Source: a virus
Taxonomy: Duplodnaviria > Caudoviricetes
DNA: 64,000 bases
IMG/VR virus record: IMGVR_UViG_3300008114_000194
Span: 1-64,000 of that record
Strand: one strand, 5' to 3'
In this document: piece by piece, positions 58,201-64,000 of the stretch
Position numbering within the stretch: the stretch's first letter is position 1
Layout of the letters: each line of letters starts with the position of its first letter
Program-made: the position numbers and the translations under genes
The notes under the pieces: model-generated
Seen by the model: the letters and a program-made list of their open reading frames with translations, nothing else
Databases searched by the model: none
What the model was told of the DNA's origin: nothing

Positions 58201-61200
58201 CTGTTGGCACAGGCAATATCACAACACAGGGCAATCTAACAGCAGGTAACTTTATAGGCTCTGGAAGTAATGTAAGATTAGAATCAGAAAATTATGCCTG
58301 GCAATTTGATAACGCAGGTAACCTTACCCTACCAGGTAATACATTTTCTGTAAACTACGCCAATGGCGCACAGGTCAGCCTGGGTGGATCATACAGCAAC
58401 GCAGATGTGGCCAACTACTTGGCTAGCAATGCCAATCTTACCATATCAGTGGGCACAGGCAACATTACCACACAAGGCAACGTCTCTGGCAACTACTTTA
58501 TTGGCAACGGAGCATTACTCACAGGTATTGCCACCGGTAGTTATAGTAATGCTAATGTGGCCAATTATCTAGCCAGCAACGCAAATCTTACCATTTCTGT
58601 CGGTACAGGCAACATCACCACACAGGGCAATTTAGCAGTTGGAAACTTGATTGGCTCAGGTGACAACGTAGAAATCACAGCAGGTGTGTATACCTGGACC
58701 TTGGATAACACTGGTAATTTGACATTACCGGGCAACACCACTGCTATCAACTATGCCAATGGCACACCTGTTCCTGTAGGCTATGGCAATTCCAATGTGG
58801 CCGCATATCTGGCTAGTAACGCCAACGTCACTGTGTCTGTGGGCACAGGCAACATTACCACGCAGGGCAATGTCAGTGGCAACTACTTTATTGGTAACGG
58901 CGCACTCTTGACAGGAGTTGTCACATCCAGTTATAGCAATGCCAATGTGGCCAACTATCTGCCCACCTACTCAGGCAATGTTTCGGCTGGCAACTTGAAT
59001 CTCACCGGCAATATTGTTGACACTGGTGCTATATTTGTAATTACAGGCGCCAGTGGCAATGTAGTTCTAGCACCCAACGGCACCAGCAGAATAATTGCCA
59101 CAACTTCGGGCGCTAATGTTATTGGTAATTTAGATGTTGCAGGCAATGTCAATGCCAATGGTGCTACACTTACAGGAAACTTATCAGTTGGCAACTTGAT
59201 CGGCTCAGGTGATAATGTAGAGATCACTGCAGGTGCGTATACGTGGACGTTGGATAACACGGGTAATTTAACGCTGCCAGGCAACAGCACTGCCATATAC
59301 TATGCCAATGGCACACAAGTGCCAGTGGGCTATGGCAATGCCAATGTAGCCACTTATCTAGCCAGCAATGCCGCAGTCACTATTTTAACCACTGCAAATA
59401 TCACCACTGCTGCCAACATCTCTGGTGCTTATATCCTAGGTAATGGCGCATTCCTAAGCGGATTACCTGCCACATATAGCAACAGCAATGTGGCAGCATA
59501 CCTCGCTGCATACAATGGCAATGCATTATTCAGCAATATCACTGTATCACAAGATGCTGTGATATTGGGTAATTTGCGTGTAGAGGGCAATACCACTTAT
59601 ATCAATGTAAGTGATCTAATTGTAGAAGACAAAGACATTATCGTGGCTGCCAATGCTTCGGCCACCTTGACCGATCTCAACGGCGCAGGTCTCCAAATCG
59701 GCAATAGAACCGCCGGCGGCAACATCACCTTCTTCTACAACTCAACCAGCAATGTCATGTCTCTAAGCCATGGCGCTAATATTGCTAATATTTTAAATGT
59801 AGCAGGCAATGTCACTGCTACAGGCAATGTCAACACTGGTAACTTGGTAGGTTCTGGTACAAACGTAGAAATAGTCAGCGGAGCATATACTTGGCTATTT
59901 GATGGTGCTGGCAATTTAACTGGTACTGGCAATGTGTCTGCTGGTAACTTTGTTGGAACATCTGGCAATACATCTATCGTCACTGCTGGTTATACTTGGA
60001 CATTCAACGATGCCGGTAATTTGGTCTTGCCCGGCAATGTCTTTGGCGTAACCTATGCCAACGGAGTACAAGTAAGTTTAGGCGGTTCATACAGCAACGC
60101 AGATGTGGCCAACTATTTGGCCAGCAATGCCAACGTCACAGTTTTGGTAGGCACAGGCAACATCACCACACAGGGCAACATCTCTGGCAACTACTTTATT
60201 GGTAACGGCGCATTACTCACAGGCGTGGTAACATCCAGTTACTCAAATGCCAATGTGGCCAATTATCTGCCCACTTACACAGGCAACATCACAGCAGGCA
60301 ACATTACCACCACTGGCAATGTCATTGGGAATTGGTTTGTTGGCAATGTCAGCACTACCAACAGTTTGGTCACATCAGGTAACGTCACTGCCAACAACTT
60401 CGTGGGTTCAAGTGGCAACACATCAATAGTCACTGCTGGTTACACCTGGGTATTTAACGACACAGGTAATTTTGTATTGCCTGGCAACAGTTTCTCTGTA
60501 AATTATGCCAATGGCGCACAGGTCAGCCTGGGTGGATCATACAGCAATGCCGATGTCAAGGCATACCTGGGCAACTTCGATGGCAACATCATACCCAGTG
60601 CTAACGTAACATACAATCTGGGTAGCAATAGTAATCGCTGGAATGATTTATATCTCAACAACAGTACCATTTATATTGGCGCACAAGAAATCACCGCCAA
60701 TGCTGATGCTACCATATTCTCGGGCAATATTTCAGCCAACTACATATTGGGCAATGGTGCGCTACTCACTGGAGTAGCTTCGTCCTACGGCAACGCCAAC
60801 GTAGCAGACTATCTAGCCAGCAACGCTAATATAAACCTTGCGATTGGCACAGGTAATATCACCACTGCAGGCAACATCAGCGTGGGATCTATACAAGGTG
60901 CCAATGCCAATACAACCATCGTGGCCAACGTCTATAGTTGGACATTTGATGATACTGGCAATTTAACACTGCCGGGCAACTCTACCGCAATATATTTGGC
61001 CAACGGTACACAAGTGCCCCTGGGCTATAACAATGCCAGTGTTGCTGATTACATGGGCAGTAATGCCAATGTAACACTGAGCATTGGCACAGGCAACATT
61101 ACCACACAGGGTAATATCAAATCTCGCACATTGTATCTGGGATCACATCAGGATGTTTCCTATCAGGCATACGGTAATATCACCCTGTCGGGTGGTTCCG

Positions 61201-63041
61201 CAGACAACAATTCCAATGTATCCATTGTAGCTAACGGAGCAATGACCACCAGTTATGTGCTGAAATTGCCAGCAGATACACCCAATGCTGGTGACGTCTT
61301 AACTGTCAAGAACTTTGGATCTCAACTGCTTTTTGGCAATGTAGCCAACTTGATATGGTCTGCCCCTGCTGGCAGTTATACCAATGCCAATGTAGCCAAC
61401 TATTTGGTCACATACAATGCCAATGCCCTGTTCAGTAATGTTACAGTATCACAGGATGCTGTGATATTGGGCAATTTACGTGTGGAGGGCAATACCACAT
61501 ACATCAATGTATCTGATCTAATCGTTGAAGACAAAGATATCATTGTAGCAGCAAATGCTTCGGCTACATTGACAGACCTTAACGGGGCAGGTCTCCAAAT
61601 CGGAAATAGATCTGCTGGTGGTAACATCACATTCTTCTACAACTCGACCAGCAATGTCATGACACTGAGCCATGGCGCTAATATAGCCAATGTCTTGAAT
61701 GTCGCTGGTAATATCACAGCCAACAGTTTGATAGGTGTTGGTACAAATGTAGAATTAGTAGGAGGTTCTTATACTTGGACATTCAACGGTTCAGGCAACT
61801 TGGTGCTGCCCGGCAACGCATTCTCGGTTAATTATGCCAACGGCGCACAGGTCAGTTTAGGCGGGTCCTACAGCAATGCTGAAGCAGCGTCTTATCTAGC
61901 CAGCAATGCCAATGTGACCATACTCACAGGTGTGGCTAATATTACCACTCAAGGCAATGTGGCAGCCGGATACTTCTTAGGTAATGCTACATTTGCCGAG
62001 GGCGTCAGCAATACTTATTTTGGTAATGTATCTCCCAGTTCACCAGCACAGGGCGATATCTGGATCAACAGCGATACAGCAGTACAACTGATTTACTTTG
62101 TAGACGCCAACGGCGGACAGTGGGCCGAGATGGCAGCTGCCACCAGTATCAGTTCAGATAGTGACTACACAGACAGCAATGTCACTGCACTGTTGGCCAG
62201 TTTGGGTGCTAACACTATCAGTTCATCGGCAAACATCACCACGTCTGCTAATATTTCTGCTGGTTATATACTGGGCAACGGAAGCCAACTTACTGGACTG
62301 GATTTTACCAACTATACCAATTCTAACGTAGCCAACTATTTGGTTTCATACAATGCCAACGCCTTGTTTAGTAATGTCACAGTATCACGTGATATGGTCA
62401 TCATTGGTAATTTGCGTGTAGAAGGCAACACCACTGAAATCAATGTTTCCAACATATTCTTAGAAGACAAAGATATCATCGTGGCTGCCAATGCTTCGGC
62501 CACATTGTCAGATCTCAATGGAGCAGGTCTGCAGATTGGTAATATCACTGCAGGTGGTAATATCACCTTCTTCTATGACAGCACCAGCAATGTCATGTCT
62601 CTAAGCCATGGCGCTAATATTGCCAACGTACTGAACGTTGCAGGTAATATTTCTGCTGCCAATATCACAGCCACAGGCAATATCACAGGCAACACCAATG
62701 GATTTACCATAGGTTATAGAGATGTACCGCAGGTCAGTTGGTCTAATGCTACCATGGCATTGGCTGATGCCAGCAAGCACTATTACACTTCTACCGGTGG
62801 CGTAACACTCACAGTACCCAGCAACGCCAACGTGGCCTTCCCAATTGGTGCTACCATAGCGTTCTACAATCGCAGTTCTGCCAACTGTACCATCGCACCG
62901 CAGGCCAGCGTCAACATCTTCGTTGTAGGCAACAGCACAATCACTCCCACAGCCAACAGAACAATAACCAGCAACGGAGGCGGCACATTGACCAAAGTCG
63001 ACACTAACACCTGGATGTTGAGTGCGGCCAACGTAGTGTAA
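52289..63041 (+). CDS. Giant (about 3,600 aa) modular repeat tail fibre, split by one frameshift at about 53813 (ORFs 52289-53857 and 53805-63041)
   Basis: MALNFPSSP..NDTY N-terminus; both ORFs are built from identical modules; C-terminal TLTVPSNANVAFPIGATI..Y...A.KVDTNTW fibre tip; ATAAATA at 52259. Confidence 0.75.
53440..62650 (+). repeat. Seven dispersed copies of a roughly 95-aa module (ALFSNVTVS..GNLRVEGNTT.INVS..EDKDIIVAANA..DLNGAGLQIGN...SHGANIAN)
   Basis: Copies near 53440, 54520, 56020, 57780, 59510, 61420 and 62350; variant in the gene at 42974 (about 44410). Confidence 0.85.
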
Positions 63042-63049
63042 GGTCAGTC

Positions 63050-63846
63050 ATGGCAGGCGCAATATTATCAGCCATAGGTGGAAGTGCAGCTGTTGTGTAT
63101 GCTCAATCACAAAGCAGTGGCGGTGGCTCTTATACCATTGATTATCTGATAGTAGCCGGCGGTGGCGGAGGTGGATCTGGAGCAGCCCAAGCAGAAGGAG
63201 CCGGTGGTGGTGGAGCCGGTGGATATCTATCAGGCAATACCAGTGTTACCAGCAGCACAGCCTATACTGTGACGGTAGGAGCAGGTGGATCAATAGGTGG
63301 TACCGGTGTCAACAGTTCGGCATTCAGTATCACAGCCAGCGGCGGAGGAGCAGGAGCCACAGGTGGCACAGGTGGATCTGGTGGTTCAGGTGGTGGAGGT
63401 TCTGGACGAAGTTTTGCACGTCCCGGCGGCTCAGGTACTCCAGGGCAGGGAAATTCCGGCGGTGTTGGGGAACATTTACAAAATGGAGGTGGCGGGGGGG
63501 GCGCAGCGGCAGCCGGCGGTGGCGGCTGCGGTGGTACCGGTGGTCCGGCGGCGGCGGTGGTGGTGGTGGCGAAATCTGTTGCGGCGGCTATGCCGGTGGT
63601 TCAGGCGGCGGAGGATCGGGTGCTAATTCAGCACAATGCGGTGGCGGTCAAGCTGTAGCAGGAACTGCCAATACCGGTGGTGGTGGTGGCGGTGGTGGCC
63701 GAGATAATGCCACTGGCAAGGCCGGCGGATCTGGTATCGTGATTGCACGTTACCCGGGATCACAGCGTGGCACAGGTGGTACAGTTACCTCGTCGGGTGG
63801 CTTTACATATCACACATTTACTTCGTCGGGAACTTATACAGCCTAA
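63050..63846 (+). CDS. Glycine-rich virion/fibre protein, frameshifted at about 63546
   Basis: DYLIVAGGGGGG...GAGG; after 63546 an alternative frame gives GTANTGGGGGG...GGSGIVIARYPGSQRGTGGTVTSSGGFTYHTFTSSGTYTA*. Confidence 0.75.
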
Positions 63847-63866
63847 TTAATTAAACGAACATTCAA

Positions 63867-64000
63867 ATGACAATATTATCTGGTACTGATATCTCTGGCA
63901 CAACTTTTTATCCTCCCCAAGACTATGACGTAGATTATCTTGTAGTGGCCGGAGGAGGTGGTGGTGGAGCAGGCGCTGCCCAAGCCGAAGGATCAGGTGG
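63867..64000 (+). CDS. Second glycine-rich virion protein (5' part only)
   Basis: MTILSGTDISG...DVDYLVVAGGGGGGAGAAQAEG; runs off the window. Confidence 0.7.
   Translation, partial: MTILSGTDISGTTFYPPQDYDVDYLVVAGGGGGGAGAAQAEGSG

Noticed and set aside
53400-62700. Long direct repeats as a CRISPR array or non-coding repeat
   Set aside because: Repeats are in-frame protein modules with synonymous variation; there is no repeat-spacer periodicity and no cas genes
29900-63000. Numerous minus-strand ORFs (e.g. 36858-37541, 33646-33948, 57737-57991)
   Set aside because: Antisense shadows of GN-rich coding repeats; no RBS, promoter or motifs
42974-63041. Diversity-generating retroelement (AAC-rich targets, paired repeats)
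   Set aside because: No reverse transcriptase in the window, and differences between copies are mostly third-position, not adenine-specific
63490-63502. G homopolymer as a programmed frameshift or phase-variation site
   Set aside because: The reading frame stays Gly-rich through the G run; the frame break is about 45 nt later at 63546
1-64000. Eukaryotic giant virus (NCLDV) or bacterial chromosome origin
   Set aside because: Shine-Dalgarno sites, sigma70 and T4-late-like promoters, coupled small ORFs and baseplate/fibre genes indicate a bacteriophage despite chlorovirus-like repeats and host-like genes
1-64000. tRNA or rRNA genes
   Set aside because: No cloverleaf or rRNA signatures recognised in the short intergenic regions by eye; tRNAscan-SE was not run

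Overview
The window is a gene-dense, intron-free segment of a large lytic dsDNA bacteriophage genome. It is T4-like/myovirus-type by its promoter architecture and baseplate-type motifs. A betaproteobacterial host is an inference from the cytochrome c551/552-like gene and a phasin-like gene with a PhaR-type operator. 1-29.9 kb is an accessory/early region of many small ORFs driven by a repeated sigma70 promoter cassette (GGTTGACC-17-TATAAT). It carries host-like genes (UDP-glucose dehydrogenase, UvsE plus a decayed second uvsE, two ClpP, ROK kinase, BI-1/YccA, cytochrome c, IF-1, Fe/Mn SOD, ErpA), two beta-class DNA methyltransferases, a putative PD-(D/E)xK nuclease and an EndoVII-type homing endonuclease. 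29.9-64 kb is a late structural cluster (TAAATA late-promoter motifs) of Asn/Gly-rich modular fibre/baseplate proteins, two subtilisin (S8) proteases and a roughly 3,600-aa repeat fibre. The best candidates for undescribed systems are three: an early-methyltransferase / late, possibly virion-packaged nuclease pair sharing one 45-bp control region; protease-armed tail fibres; and a PhaR-operated phasin-like gene. At least five genes show frameshifting internal deletions that may be assembly artefacts. No tRNA, rRNA or CRISPR array was recognised. All annotations are by eye, with no database searches.
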